The position numbers were made by a program, and so were the translations under genes. Below the pieces are notes generated by a model. The model saw only the letters and a program-made list of their open reading frames with translations. It ran no database searches and was not told the DNA's origin. 61,365 nucleotides of DNA from Elusimicrobiota bacterium (GTDB taxonomy: Bacteria; Elusimicrobiota; Elusimicrobia; UBA1565): the NCBI GenBank assembly GCA_043827405.1, contig JBDRPD010000093.1:1-61365 (forward strand), in the 5' to 3' direction. Position 1 is the stretch's first letter; the number at the start of each line of letters is the position of its first letter. Below, piece after piece: positions 1 to 9,076 of the stretch.

Positions 1-1488
1 GGCACGCATACCCCCGAGACCCGTTCGCTGGCGCGCGCCAAGCAGGCCTCGGAAGCCTTCAATGTCCGCGATTTCGCGGCCGCCGAAAAGAAGGCGAAGG
101 AGGCCGTCGAAATCCTGCCGCAAAACGTTCCGGCCTACTCCATCGGCGCCTGGTCGCAGATTTATCAGCAGAAGTACAGCGACGCGGCGCAGATGGCGTC
201 CTTCGGCCTGAACTTTGATCCCAATCACGTCAAGCTGCTCAATGCCCGGGCTCTCGCCCACAATCGCACCCAGCGCTACCAGCCCGCGCTGACCGATGCC
301 TCTTTGGCCTCGGCCATCAATCCGGGCAGCGCGATCGCCCACTTCAACAAGGGCTATGCGCTCAGCGGACTCGGCAAGCGCCAGGAGTCCCTGCAGGCCT
401 TGAGTGAAGGGGCGCTGCATGATCCCAAGGTGGCCGAGCTGTTTGAAGCGGCCGCCGCCCTGCCATCGGACGGCGACCTGCTGGCGCTCTTCGACCAGTC
501 GCTGTTTACCAAATCGCCGGAGGTGGCGCCGAGCGCGCCCGCACCCGCGCCCGCCGCGCCCTGGAAGTGGCTGGCTCTGGCCGCCGCCGCGGCGCTGTTC
601 GGAACGGCGGTATTCTTTCTCGGCAAACGGAGCGGGACGACGGCGGTGAGCGGCGGCGGGACGCCGGCGCCGGAAGGGGGGTTCTGGAGCGGCTACGAGG
701 TGACGCGCGAGATCGCGGCCGGCGGCATGGGCGTGGTCTATGAGGCGATGGACCGAGGGCTCGATCGCAAGGTGGCGATCAAGAAGATGCTCGACGCCAT
801 CCGCGATGATCCGGCCTCGCGCGCGCGTTTCCTGTCCGAGGCCCGGATGGTGGCCAAGATGCGCCATCCCGGCATCGTCGAGATATACGCCATTGAGGAA
901 CAGGGTAATGACGCCTACCTTATCTTTGAATACGTCGAGGGGAAGACCCTGCAGGAGCGTATGGGCGAGGGGCGGCTCGGCTTGGAAGAGGCGCGCGGTA
1001 TTTTGGCCGGAGTCGGCGCCGCTTTGGACTATGCGCATGAAAACGGGGTAGTGCACCGCGATCTTAAGCCCTCCAATATCATGATCGATCAGGACGGGGC
1101 GTCCCGAGTGATGGACTTCGGCGTTGCCCGCCAGGGGGCTGAGGCTTTGACCCATCTCGACAAGACCAATACCGTCTGCGGTACGCCCCTCTATATGGCG
1201 CCGGAGCAGGAAGAAGGAGTGGTCGGCCGCGAGACCGACACCTACGCCTTGGGCCTCTGCCTCTTTGAGATGCTGGTCGGGGCGCCGCCTTTTCAGGGTA
1301 CGGCGGGAGCGATGCTTTTAGCCAAGCGCGACGGGCGCTTCGCGCCGCCGAGCGTCGCGGCGGCGGATCTGCCCAAGGAACTGGACGCCGTACTCAACCG
1401 GGCGCTGGCGCCGAATCCGCAGGACCGCTTCCATTCATGCGGCGAGCTGGTGGAAGCTTTTACGGCCGCGGCGGGGCTGAAGGTCTAG
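1..1488 (+). CDS. TPR-containing transmembrane Ser/Thr protein kinase (5'-truncated by window edge)
   Basis: Frame 1 is open from base 1 (GTHTPETRSLARAKQASEAF...), so the ORF-track start at 193 is internal. TPR-like helices, TM segment WLALAAAAALFGTAVFFL, then Hanks kinase motifs IAAGGMGVVY, VAIK, HRDLKPSN, DFG, APE. Confidence 0.92.
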   Translation, partial: GTHTPETRSLARAKQASEAFNVRDFAAAEKKAKEAVEILPQNVPAYSIGAWSQIYQQKYSDAAQMASFGLNFDPNHVKLLNARALAHNRTQRYQPALTDASLASAINPGSAIAHFNKGYALSGLGKRQESLQALSEGALHDPKVAELFEAAAALPSDGDLLALFDQSLFTKSPEVAPSAPAPAPAAPWKWLALAAAAALFGTAVFFLGKRSGTTAVSGGGTPAPEGGFWSGYEVTREIAAGGMGVVYEAMDRGLDRKVAIKKMLDAIRDDPASRARFLSEARMVAKMRHPGIVEIYAIEEQGNDAYLIFEYVEGKTLQERMGEGRLGLEEARGILAGVGAALDYAHENGVVHRDLKPSNIMIDQDGASRVMDFGVARQGAEALTHLDKTNTVCGTPLYMAPEQEEGVVGRETDTYALGLCLFEMLVGAPPFQGTAGAMLLAKRDGRFAPPSVAAADLPKELDAVLNRALAPNPQDRFHSCGELVEAFTAAAGLKV

Positions 1489-1497
1489 TCTTCGCGG

Positions 1498-2142
1498 CTA
1501 CTTGCCGATATTGCAGGTCCCGTACTTGGGCATCAGGTAGTACTTGCAATAGTAGGACTCCCACCACGCCTCATCCTTGCTGGGCGCTTGCGCCGCGGTC
1601 TTCTTCATCGGCGGGGGCGCGGCGGTCCTTAACCCGGCCTGCATCGCGGCGGCGGCATTTTCGGACTTTACGATCGCGTCGACCTTGTTCGCCTTGTCTT
1701 CTTCCTCTTTCGCCGCCTGCTTGGCGCGGTCTTCCTTGGTCGGCGGGTTCTCGACGCGCGCTTTGAGCTCGGCGATGGCCGGCGCAGAGATGAAGCGCTC
1801 CAGGCGCTTGTATTTGGCGGCGATATCTTTGTCCTCCGCGGCTTTGGCCGGGGAATCGTAGAGCTGTTGATACAGGTCCAGGTCCCCCTTCATCTGCGGC
1901 AGCTGGAGGCGCAGCCCGGTCGCGTCCTGGATGGCTATTCGTTTGGCGCTGCCGTCCGCAAGCCCGCGTTGTACAAGACTCATGGCCTCTGCGTTAAGGC
2001 GATCCGAATGGGAAATGCCTTGCTGCTGCAGCGCTTGCTTCTGTACGGGATTGAGGGCGGGCTTCGGTTCCGGTGCGGCCTGGGCGCCAGAGCTTACGGC
2101 AACGGTGAGAAGTGCGGCAAAGAGTATACGTGGGGTTTTCAT
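1498..2142 (-). CDS. Secreted hypothetical protein
   Basis: ATG at 2142 preceded by AAGGAGG SD; signal peptide MKTPRILFAALLTVAVSSGAQA; no recognisable domain. Confidence 0.8.
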   Translation of the reverse strand: MKTPRILFAALLTVAVSSGAQAAPEPKPALNPVQKQALQQQGISHSDRLNAEAMSLVQRGLADGSAKRIAIQDATGLRLQLPQMKGDLDLYQQLYDSPAKAAEDKDIAAKYKRLERFISAPAIAELKARVENPPTKEDRAKQAAKEEEDKANKVDAIVKSENAAAAMQAGLRTAAPPPMKKTAAQAPSKDEAWWESYYCKYYLMPKYGTCNIGK

Positions 2143-2166
2143 CGGCGTACCCTCCTTCCTGCCCTC

Positions 2167-2212
2167 AGTATAGCGGGGGCTCCTTGACAAATCAAGGGCC
2201 CGAGCCTACACT
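2167..2212. promoter_or_regulatory. Back-to-back sigma70-type promoters
   Basis: Plus: TTGACA(2184-2189)-17bp-TACACT(2207-2212). Minus: TTGATT(2190-2195)-17bp-TATACT(2167-2172). The two -35 boxes form the palindrome CCTTGA-CAAA-TCAAGG. Confidence 0.7.
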
Positions 2213-2227
2213 CAAATAAGTCCGCAT

Positions 2228-4678
2228 ATGCCTTCTTTATCGCTATTTAACCGCCTGTCGATCGCGCTGGCAGCAGTCTGTCTGCTTACCTCCGCCGTCC
2301 TCGCAGACCACCATAAGAAGAATCAGCAGGGTATGACGGATGTGGTCGAGCTCGTTCGTGTGCGCGCCGCGCTCGAGAAGCAGTTTCCGGGCGACGCCAA
2401 GAAAGTCGAGCAGGCTTTAGAGTGGTTTGAGAATGTGGTGGAAGGAATCGAGGAACCGCGAAAGAAGCGCGATGCGACGCAGGTGTTCCGGTCGATGCTG
2501 AATCCTCCGCCGAAGACGCCGATTATCGGCAAGCCGAGTCCGGAAGATTTTCAGATGATGCGGCGCATGGAGAATGTGGGTCAAGAGAATATGGTCGCCT
2601 TGGAGGGACTGCTGGCGCGGATTCAGCAGACTAGAATTCCGAGCGTCGTCGCGCCGCCGCCTAAAGTCGTCGTCGGCGGGAAACCCGGGCAGATCACGCA
2701 AACGGTTACAGCTGCGGCGAAGCCGGTCGATCTCGTGGAGGCGTATAAGGTCGCGGTCGCTAATGCCGATCCGGATGACCCCAAAGCGACCGAGGAGCTG
2801 ACGAAGTACGCGGCGAAAAACGGCGATCATGAGGGCACGGTCCGTTACGGCACCGAGGCTCTCAGCCGCGGCTCGACCGATCCCAATACCCGCCTCCTGC
2901 GCGGCTTGGCCTTCGAAAAGCTCGGCGACAGCGAGGCCGCCAATGCGGACGCGCGCAAGCTTTTGGAGCAGAACCCGAACAACCGCTCGGCGCTGTCGCT
3001 CTACAAGCTGACGCAGGGGAAGGCTTCCAAGATTAGCGTCGACTCCAAGAGGCCGGATTTTACCGGCGGGCAGAATGTCGGCGCCTTGGCGAAAGTCGTC
3101 GGCATCGGCGCGCAGCAAGACCCCGTGCGCGTGCTGCGGGAAGCGCAGCGGCAGGCGGCGGGCGCCGGTCCCGGCGTCGAACAAAAGGCAGCCTTGCTGC
3201 GCAAGGAAGCCTACGCGGCGCTCAAGGTCAAGGACTACCGCGCCGCGGCGAAGCATGCGCAGCGGTCCGTCGAGCTCGACCCCAACGACGCCCAGGGCTG
3301 GTATGCTCTGGCCACGGCGCAGATGCGCGGCGGCGACTATGCAGCGGCCGCCGGCGCCGCGGAGCGCGGGCTGGCGCTGGCACCCGAAAACGTGCCGCTT
3401 CTCGTCACCCGCTCCTTCGCGCTTAACCGGCAGCAGGATTACACCATGGGCTACCGCGATGCCGCCGCCGCCGTCCGCTTTCAGCCCAACAGCGCCATGG
3501 GCTACTACAACCGCGCCTATGCCGGCGCCGGCATGGGGCGGCGGCAGGAGGCGCTCGCCGATTTGCGCGCGGCCGCCGAGCTCGACGCGCGATTCCAGGA
3601 GAAGCTGCAGCGCGCGGAGGCGCTGTTTGAGGACGATGATATGATGTTCCTTTTTGCGGAAGCGATGGAGACGGCCGCCCAGCCGGCGGCGGCCGGCGGG
3701 ACCGAGAGCGGGAAGGCTTTTCCGCTGTCCAAGACGGTCTTTATCCTGGCCGGACTTCTCCTGCTGGGGCTGGGCCTCTACCATATGCTTTCGCCTAAAG
3801 GGCGCGAACGCCTGACCACCCTGTTCGGCGGCTCTCCCACGGAGGACCTGGACGCCATCCCGGATTCCGGCTTCTGGCGGCGTTATGATGTGATCCGCGA
3901 GATCGCGGCGGGGGGCATGGGCATCGTCTATGAGGCGCGCGACAAGAGCCTGGACCGGCGGGTGGCGGTCAAGCGCATGCGCGACGAGATCAGCGGCGAC
4001 CGGCGCGAGCGTGAACGTTTTCTTAACGAGGCGCGCATCGTCGCCGGGATGCGGCATCCCAATATCGTGGAGATCTACTCTATAGAGGAAGATGGTGACG
4101 ACGCCTATCTGGTTTTTGAGTATGTCGACGGCAAGACTTTAGACGAGATTTTGACGGATAAGGGGAGCCTGTCGCGCGCCGGTTCGCTGGAGATCCTGCG
4201 CGGGGTCTGCGAGGCGTTGGAGTACTCGCATCAGCATAAGGTGATCCATCGCGACCTTAAGCCTTCTAATATCATGGTTAACTCCGAGGGTACGGCCAAG
4301 GTTATGGATTTCGGCGTCGCCCGCCGGGCGCCGGACGCGGCGGAGCATATCGAGCAGACCCATACCGTGATCGGGACCCCGCCCTATATGGCCCCCGAGC
4401 AGGAAGAAGGGATTATTCGGCCGGAATGCGATGTCTACGCGCTGGGGGTCTGCCTGTACGAGATGCTCAGCGGCGGGCGCCCGTTCCAGGGGACGCCGGG
4501 GGCCGTGCTGCTGAGCAAGCGCGAGGGGAAATACACCCCGCTGCATAAGGCGGTTGAGGGCATGCCGGAGAGCGTGAGCCGCGTCATCGACACCGCCCTC
4601 GACCCCAACCCGGACCGGCGTTACCGCCGGCCCCGGGATTTCTTCGCGGCGCTCGAAGCGGCGACGACTAGTCCTTGA
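2228..4678 (+). CDS. Signal peptide-TPR-TM-Ser/Thr protein kinase
   Basis: N-terminal signal peptide, multiple TPR repeats (e.g. AVELDPNDAQGWYALATA), TM VFILAGLLLLGLGLYHML, C-terminal kinase with VAVK, HRDLKPSN, DFG, GTPPYMAPE. Confidence 0.93.
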   Translation: MPSLSLFNRLSIALAAVCLLTSAVLADHHKKNQQGMTDVVELVRVRAALEKQFPGDAKKVEQALEWFENVVEGIEEPRKKRDATQVFRSMLNPPPKTPIIGKPSPEDFQMMRRMENVGQENMVALEGLLARIQQTRIPSVVAPPPKVVVGGKPGQITQTVTAAAKPVDLVEAYKVAVANADPDDPKATEELTKYAAKNGDHEGTVRYGTEALSRGSTDPNTRLLRGLAFEKLGDSEAANADARKLLEQNPNNRSALSLYKLTQGKASKISVDSKRPDFTGGQNVGALAKVVGIGAQQDPVRVLREAQRQAAGAGPGVEQKAALLRKEAYAALKVKDYRAAAKHAQRSVELDPNDAQGWYALATAQMRGGDYAAAAGAAERGLALAPENVPLLVTRSFALNRQQDYTMGYRDAAAAVRFQPNSAMGYYNRAYAGAGMGRRQEALADLRAAAELDARFQEKLQRAEALFEDDDMMFLFAEAMETAAQPAAAGGTESGKAFPLSKTVFILAGLLLLGLGLYHMLSPKGRERLTTLFGGSPTEDLDAIPDSGFWRRYDVIREIAAGGMGIVYEARDKSLDRRVAVKRMRDEISGDRRERERFLNEARIVAGMRHPNIVEIYSIEEDGDDAYLVFEYVDGKTLDEILTDKGSLSRAGSLEILRGVCEALEYSHQHKVIHRDLKPSNIMVNSEGTAKVMDFGVARRAPDAAEHIEQTHTVIGTPPYMAPEQEEGIIRPECDVYALGVCLYEMLSGGRPFQGTPGAVLLSKREGKYTPLHKAVEGMPESVSRVIDTALDPNPDRRYRRPRDFFAALEAATTSP

Positions 4679-5519
4679 AGGGGCTGGCCATCTGTTCGAA
4701 GTGGCCGTCGCCCTGCAGGTAATAGACTCCCGCTCCCCGCGTGACCTTGCGGTTGTTGGCGATCTGCCAGGTCAGGTTCATGATCATGCCGGCTACCGGC
4801 TCTTCCGTGGTGCCGACGTTTGATACGCTCGCGACCTCGACGCCCATATCGTACTTGAAGCCCCAGAGGACGTCGACCTTGACCGGGATGACGGTGACGC
4901 CGGTGAGGTAGAGGCCCTTGCCGGCCTTCTTGCCCCCGGCGGTGCGCAGGACGATATAGGTCACATCCACCACCTTCTTGCCGTAGCCGTTCTTGGCCGA
5001 GAAGCTGTAGAGGGTGCGCTCGGGCTTGGACCAGCCTTCGAGCTCGGTCCAATGCTCGGTTCCCGCGGGCACCGCATTGGCGTAGTGGGTGGTCACGTTG
5101 ACGACCGGCTTGTTGCGTTCGATGAACTTCCAGATCTTCTCGGCGATGTTGATGATCTCGTTCACGTCGTCGAGGCCGGAGTCGGATGAACCGCCGGGGG
5201 TCGGCGCGGTATTGCCGTCGGGTCCTGCGCCGGGCTTGCCGTCGCCGGGCTTGACGATCGGAATGGTAACTTCGCTCAGCGGCAGGTAGGCCGCGTCGAG
5301 CTCCTCGTGAACGACCGACGCCGGGTCGATCTCCCAGTACAGCGGATCGTAGGCCTCGGCGCCTTTCGCCGCGGGCATCTCCTTGGCGCCCTTGTGCAGC
5401 GATTCGACGACGGCGCCGGCATTGATCTCGGAAAGGTCCAGCTGCGGCAAGGCCGCCCAGGCCGACGAGACTGTGAACGCGGCCGCCGCGAATGTCAGGA
5501 CGAGAGTTCTCGCTTTCAT
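4668..5519 (-). CDS. Secreted hypothetical protein
   Basis: ATG at 5519 after GAGGTGG; signal peptide MKARTLVLTFAAAAFTVSSAWA; Pro/Gly linker then beta-rich C-terminal domain. Confidence 0.8.
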   Translation of the reverse strand: MKARTLVLTFAAAAFTVSSAWAALPQLDLSEINAGAVVESLHKGAKEMPAAKGAEAYDPLYWEIDPASVVHEELDAAYLPLSEVTIPIVKPGDGKPGAGPDGNTAPTPGGSSDSGLDDVNEIINIAEKIWKFIERNKPVVNVTTHYANAVPAGTEHWTELEGWSKPERTLYSFSAKNGYGKKVVDVTYIVLRTAGGKKAGKGLYLTGVTVIPVKVDVLWGFKYDMGVEVASVSNVGTTEEPVAGMIMNLTWQIANNRKVTRGAGVYYLQGDGHFEQMASPFKD

Positions 5520-5584
5520 TCCTACCACCTCTCTGAACGGGGGCCTGAGGAGCTTGGCCCGCGTCGTTCCAGGAATCTAGGAAT

Positions 5585-5651
5585 AGTATAGGTGCCTAAA
5601 GTCTGACACGAGTAGTGCCAATGGGCCGCGAAGTTTCAGGGTCTATGGGCC
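5585..5651 (-). promoter_or_regulatory. -10 box plus tandem GGGCC-N3-GGGCC-like motifs
   Basis: Minus-strand TATACT at 5585-5590; plus-strand gtgcc-aat-gggcc (5615-5627) and gggtc-tat-gggcc (5639-5651), 24 bp apart. Confidence 0.5.
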
Positions 5652-5701
5652 TATATTGTTGCGGGAGCGTCCGCTGTCGCCGGCGGCCTGGCCGCGTCCG
5701 G

Positions 5702-5953
5702 TCAGGAGTCTTCTTCCGTCAGCTCCGCGCTTTCGAACTTGCCCTTGCCCTTCTTGGTCAGGACCTCGACCCGGTGCTTGACCTCGTCGAGGCGCGTCGT
5801 GAGCTCCTTGCTGAGCTTCACCCCGTTCTCGAACAGCGTCAGGGATTCTTCGAGGCCCTTGTCGCCGGACTCAAGATCTTCGACAATGGCCTCCAGGTCC
5901 TCAAGGGACTTCTCGAAGGGGATTTTCTCGTCTTTCTTGGACTTTGCCGTCAT
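5702..5953 (-). CDS. xseB: Exodeoxyribonuclease VII small subunit
   Basis: FEKSLEDLEAIVEDLESGDKGLEESLTLFENGVKL motif; follows xseA. Confidence 0.95.
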   Translation of the reverse strand: MTAKSKKDEKIPFEKSLEDLEAIVEDLESGDKGLEESLTLFENGVKLSKELTTRLDEVKHRVEVLTKKGKGKFESAELTEEDS

Positions 5954-5962
5954 GACGTTCTC

Positions 5963-7222
5963 CTAAATGACCTCGGTCTTGATCTCTCCCCGGTGCAGCC
6001 GGACCCGGAGCCGGTCGCCGGGCTTTACTTCCGCGGCCGCGCGCACGGCTTTGCCGTCTTTGAAAGCGATCGCATAGCCGCGCGCCAGGACCTTGAGCGG
6101 GCTGAGCGCGTCGAGGCGCTCGGCGTGCCGGCGCAGCGTCTCTGCGGCCAGGCGCAAACGCTGGCGGATCGGGCCCTCGAGGCGGGCCGCGGCCTTGAGC
6201 CGCTCTTCGGCGCGGGCGACGAGCCGGCGCAGGCCGGGCGCGAGCCGGGCGGTTAGTTCGTCGATGCGCTGGACCTGCTGCTCGAAGATGCGCTCGGGGT
6301 GGCGGAGAAAAGGGGAGCGCGTCAGCCGCCGCAGGCGCTCGCTCAGGGTCTGCACCAGCAGGCCGGCGGAGCCGGTCAGCCGCTGCTCGAGCCGCGCGAT
6401 CTTGTCTTCGAGGGCCGCGCGCTCGCAGACCGCGAGCTCGGCCGCGGCCGAGGGCGTCGGCGCGCGCAGGTCGGCGACAAAGTCGGCGATGGTGAAGTCG
6501 GTCTCATGTCCGACGCAGGAAATGACCGGGATGTTTGAGGCGGCGATGGCGCGCGCGACCGCCTCCTCGTTAAAGGCCCAGAGGTCCTCCAGCGAGCCGC
6601 CGCCCCGGCCGACGAGCAGGAGCTCGGTGTCGGGAAAGTGCGCGTTGAAATCCGCGATCGCCTCCGCGATCTCGGGCGCCGCCGTCGTCCCCTGGACCGT
6701 CACCGGATAGAGCCGGATATGCAGGCCGTCGAAGCGGCGGCCGAGGACCGAGAGCATGTCGCGGACCGCGGCGCCGGTGCGCGAGGTAATGATGCCGATG
6801 CGGCGCGGGAAAGGGGGCAGCGGCTTCTTGCGCTCCTCGGCGAAGAGGCCTTCCGCGGCGAGCTTCTTTTTAAGCTGCTCAAAGGCCAGCTGCAGGGCGC
6901 CGGCCGACTTCGGCCGAATTTCCCGCACGACGATCTGAAAGCTGCCGCGCGCCTCATAGAGGGTTACGCGGCCGCGCGCCAGGACTTCGAGGCCCTGCTC
7001 AAGCTCGAACTTGATGCGGGCGGCGTCGCCGCGAAAGAGCGCCGCGGAGATCTGCGCTCCCGCGTCCTTGAGCGTGAAATAGACGTGGCCGGAGGGCGCC
7101 GCTTTTGCGTTCGAGATCTCGCCCTGGACCCAGACGTCGCCGAAGTCGCGTTCAAGACCCGCCTTGACGAGACGGTTGAGCTCGGTGATGGAGAGGGCGT
7201 CGGGGAGCGCCTCGACGCTCAT
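5963..7222 (-). CDS. xseA: Exodeoxyribonuclease VII large subunit
   Basis: [59 protein letters not shown]. Confidence 0.97.
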   Translation of the reverse strand: MSVEALPDALSITELNRLVKAGLERDFGDVWVQGEISNAKAAPSGHVYFTLKDAGAQISAALFRGDAARIKFELEQGLEVLARGRVTLYEARGSFQIVVREIRPKSAGALQLAFEQLKKKLAAEGLFAEERKKPLPPFPRRIGIITSRTGAAVRDMLSVLGRRFDGLHIRLYPVTVQGTTAAPEIAEAIADFNAHFPDTELLLVGRGGGSLEDLWAFNEEAVARAIAASNIPVISCVGHETDFTIADFVADLRAPTPSAAAELAVCERAALEDKIARLEQRLTGSAGLLVQTLSERLRRLTRSPFLRHPERIFEQQVQRIDELTARLAPGLRRLVARAEERLKAAARLEGPIRQRLRLAAETLRRHAERLDALSPLKVLARGYAIAFKDGKAVRAAAEVKPGDRLRVRLHRGEIKTEVI

Positions 7223-8532
7223 GCCTTGCCGAGGTCCGCGAGGCGCTTCTTGATGCGCGCCTCGTCGCCTTGGCCGTCGGGCATGTAGAAGCGGACGGGC
7301 CGGGGCATGTAATCCTGTTCGACATGGTGGCCGGGGAAGTCGTGGGCGTATTTGTAGCCCTTGCCGTGGCCGCGCGATTTGGCGTCGAGGTTGGCGTCGC
7401 GCAGGTGCAGCGGCACCTCGCGATCGGGGCCGCTGCGGACCTCCTCGAGCGCCGCGTCGACGGCGAGATACGCCGCGTTGGACTTCTGCGCCGTCGCGAT
7501 AAAGGTGACCGCCTGCGCCAGCGGGATGCGCGCCTCGGGCATGCCGAGAAATTCCACCGCCTGGAAGGCGGCCGTGGCGACGAGCAGCGCCCGGAAGTCC
7601 GCGTTGCCCACGTCTTCGGCGGCGCAGATCAGCACGCGGCGGGCGATGAAGCGGGGATCCTCGCCGGCGGCGAGCATCTTGGCCATCCAGTACAGCGCGG
7701 CGTCGGGATCGGAGCCCCGCATCGACTTGATGAAGGCGGAGATGTGGTCGTAGTGGTCGTCGGACTTCTTGTCGTAGCGAACCGCCCGGTGCTGGATCGA
7801 CTCCTCGGCCACTTCCAGCGTAATGACGCGCTTGCGCTTCTTCATGGTGATCGGCGTCGAGAGCGCGGCGAGCTCCACCGCGTTGAGCAGGCGGCGGGCG
7901 TCGCCGCCGGAGAGGCGGAGCAGGTGCGCCCGCGCCTCCGGCGTCAGTTCGAGCTGTTTTTTGGCGAGGCCCGTCTCCGCATCGTTTAGCGTGTTCTCGA
8001 TAATGCCGTCGAGTTCCGCCTCCGATAAGGGATGAAACTCGAAAGATGTGGAGCGCGACAGCAGCGCCGCGTTGACGTAGAACGACGGGTTCTCGGTCGT
8101 CAGGCCGATCATGATGATATGGCCGCGCTCGACCGACGGCAGCAGCACATCCTGCTGGGTGCGGTTGAAATGGTGGATCTCGTCGACCAGCAGCAGGGTT
8201 TTGCGCCCGTGCTGGGCGCGCATGAACTTGGCGGTTTCCAGGACCTTTTTGAGGTCCGGAACTCCGGCGGTTACGGCGTTGATCTCCACCACCTTGGCGC
8301 CGTCCCGGTCGATGCGCGAGGCGATCAGCCGCGCCAGGGCGGTTTTGCCGGTGCCGGGCGGGCCGAAAAATATGGCCGATGTTACGCGATTGGCCTCGAT
8401 AAGCCGCCGCAGCATTTTGCCGCGCCCCAGCAGGTGCTTCTGGCCGACGAAGCCGTCGAGCGACGCCGGCGCCATACGGGCGGCCAGGGGGCGGGTTTCG
8501 GGAGCGGCTTCGGTAGGGAAGAGCTCGGTCAC
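7219..8532 (-). CDS. rarA: Replication-associated recombination protein A (MgsA/RarA AAA+ ATPase)
   Basis: PLAARMAP, GPPGTGKT, DEIHHFN, TTENPSF, ISAFIKSMRGSDPDAALYW, YKYAHD. Confidence 0.96.
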   Translation of the reverse strand: MTELFPTEAAPETRPLAARMAPASLDGFVGQKHLLGRGKMLRRLIEANRVTSAIFFGPPGTGKTALARLIASRIDRDGAKVVEINAVTAGVPDLKKVLETAKFMRAQHGRKTLLLVDEIHHFNRTQQDVLLPSVERGHIIMIGLTTENPSFYVNAALLSRSTSFEFHPLSEAELDGIIENTLNDAETGLAKKQLELTPEARAHLLRLSGGDARRLLNAVELAALSTPITMKKRKRVITLEVAEESIQHRAVRYDKKSDDHYDHISAFIKSMRGSDPDAALYWMAKMLAAGEDPRFIARRVLICAAEDVGNADFRALLVATAAFQAVEFLGMPEARIPLAQAVTFIATAQKSNAAYLAVDAALEEVRSGPDREVPLHLRDANLDAKSRGHGKGYKYAHDFPGHHVEQDYMPRPVRFYMPDGQGDEARIKKRLADLGKA

Positions 8533-8534
8533 CG

Positions 8535-8828
8535 CTACTCTGCGTTTACGTTCTTTTCCAGGTCGATGATCATGCTCGCGACCTTGTCGCCTTCGATCTT
8601 GTCGAAGTCCTCCATCCGGGACTTCAGCTTTTGGTATTCGGCGGCGATTTCCATCGCCGTCAGGATGGCGAGCTTGGAGGAGTCGACGATCTTGGACTCT
8701 TTGGCGATCTCCCGCATCCGCTCATCGACCAGGCGGGCTATCGCTCCGACTTCGAGCGGGGACAAGCCCTCCATTTCGACGGTAAATTTGCGGTTGTAGA
8801 TCTCGATCTCGATTTTATCGTTGAGCAT
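8535..8828 (-). CDS. zapA: Cell division protein ZapA
   Basis: IEIEIYNRKFTV...VDERMREI...LAILTAMEIA plus coiled coil; typical position after pheT. Confidence 0.88.
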   Translation of the reverse strand: MLNDKIEIEIYNRKFTVEMEGLSPLEVGAIARLVDERMREIAKESKIVDSSKLAILTAMEIAAEYQKLKSRMEDFDKIEGDKVASMIIDLEKNVNAE

Positions 8829-8830
8829 GG

Positions 8831-9076
8831 CTAGTCGATGAACTCGAATACCTTGTCCAGTTTGGCAAGCATCCTCTCAATGCGTGCGCGCATCTTCTCC
8901 TGCCGGCTGCTGAGCGACTTGAAGCGCCGGAAGTGCATCTCAAGGCGGATCTTCTCGTCGGACAGCTCGTGCAGGTCCGCCCGCAGCTTGCCGTTCTCCT
9001 GCTTCAGCTTCCCGATGTCCTGCGTCGCCTTCTTGACCAGCTTCTCCAGCTTGCCGAAGCGCTGAGCACGGTTCAT
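8831..9076 (-). CDS. ZapB-like coiled-coil protein
   Basis: 81 aa coiled coil (LEKLVKKATQDIGKLKQENGKL) between pheT and zapA. Confidence 0.7.
   Translation of the reverse strand: MNRAQRFGKLEKLVKKATQDIGKLKQENGKLRADLHELSDEKIRLEMHFRRFKSLSSRQEKMRARIERMLAKLDKVFEFID

Noticed and set aside
8520..8540. 6S RNA or rny expected downstream of zapA
   Set aside because: Only 2 bp separate zapA from rarA, so there is no room.
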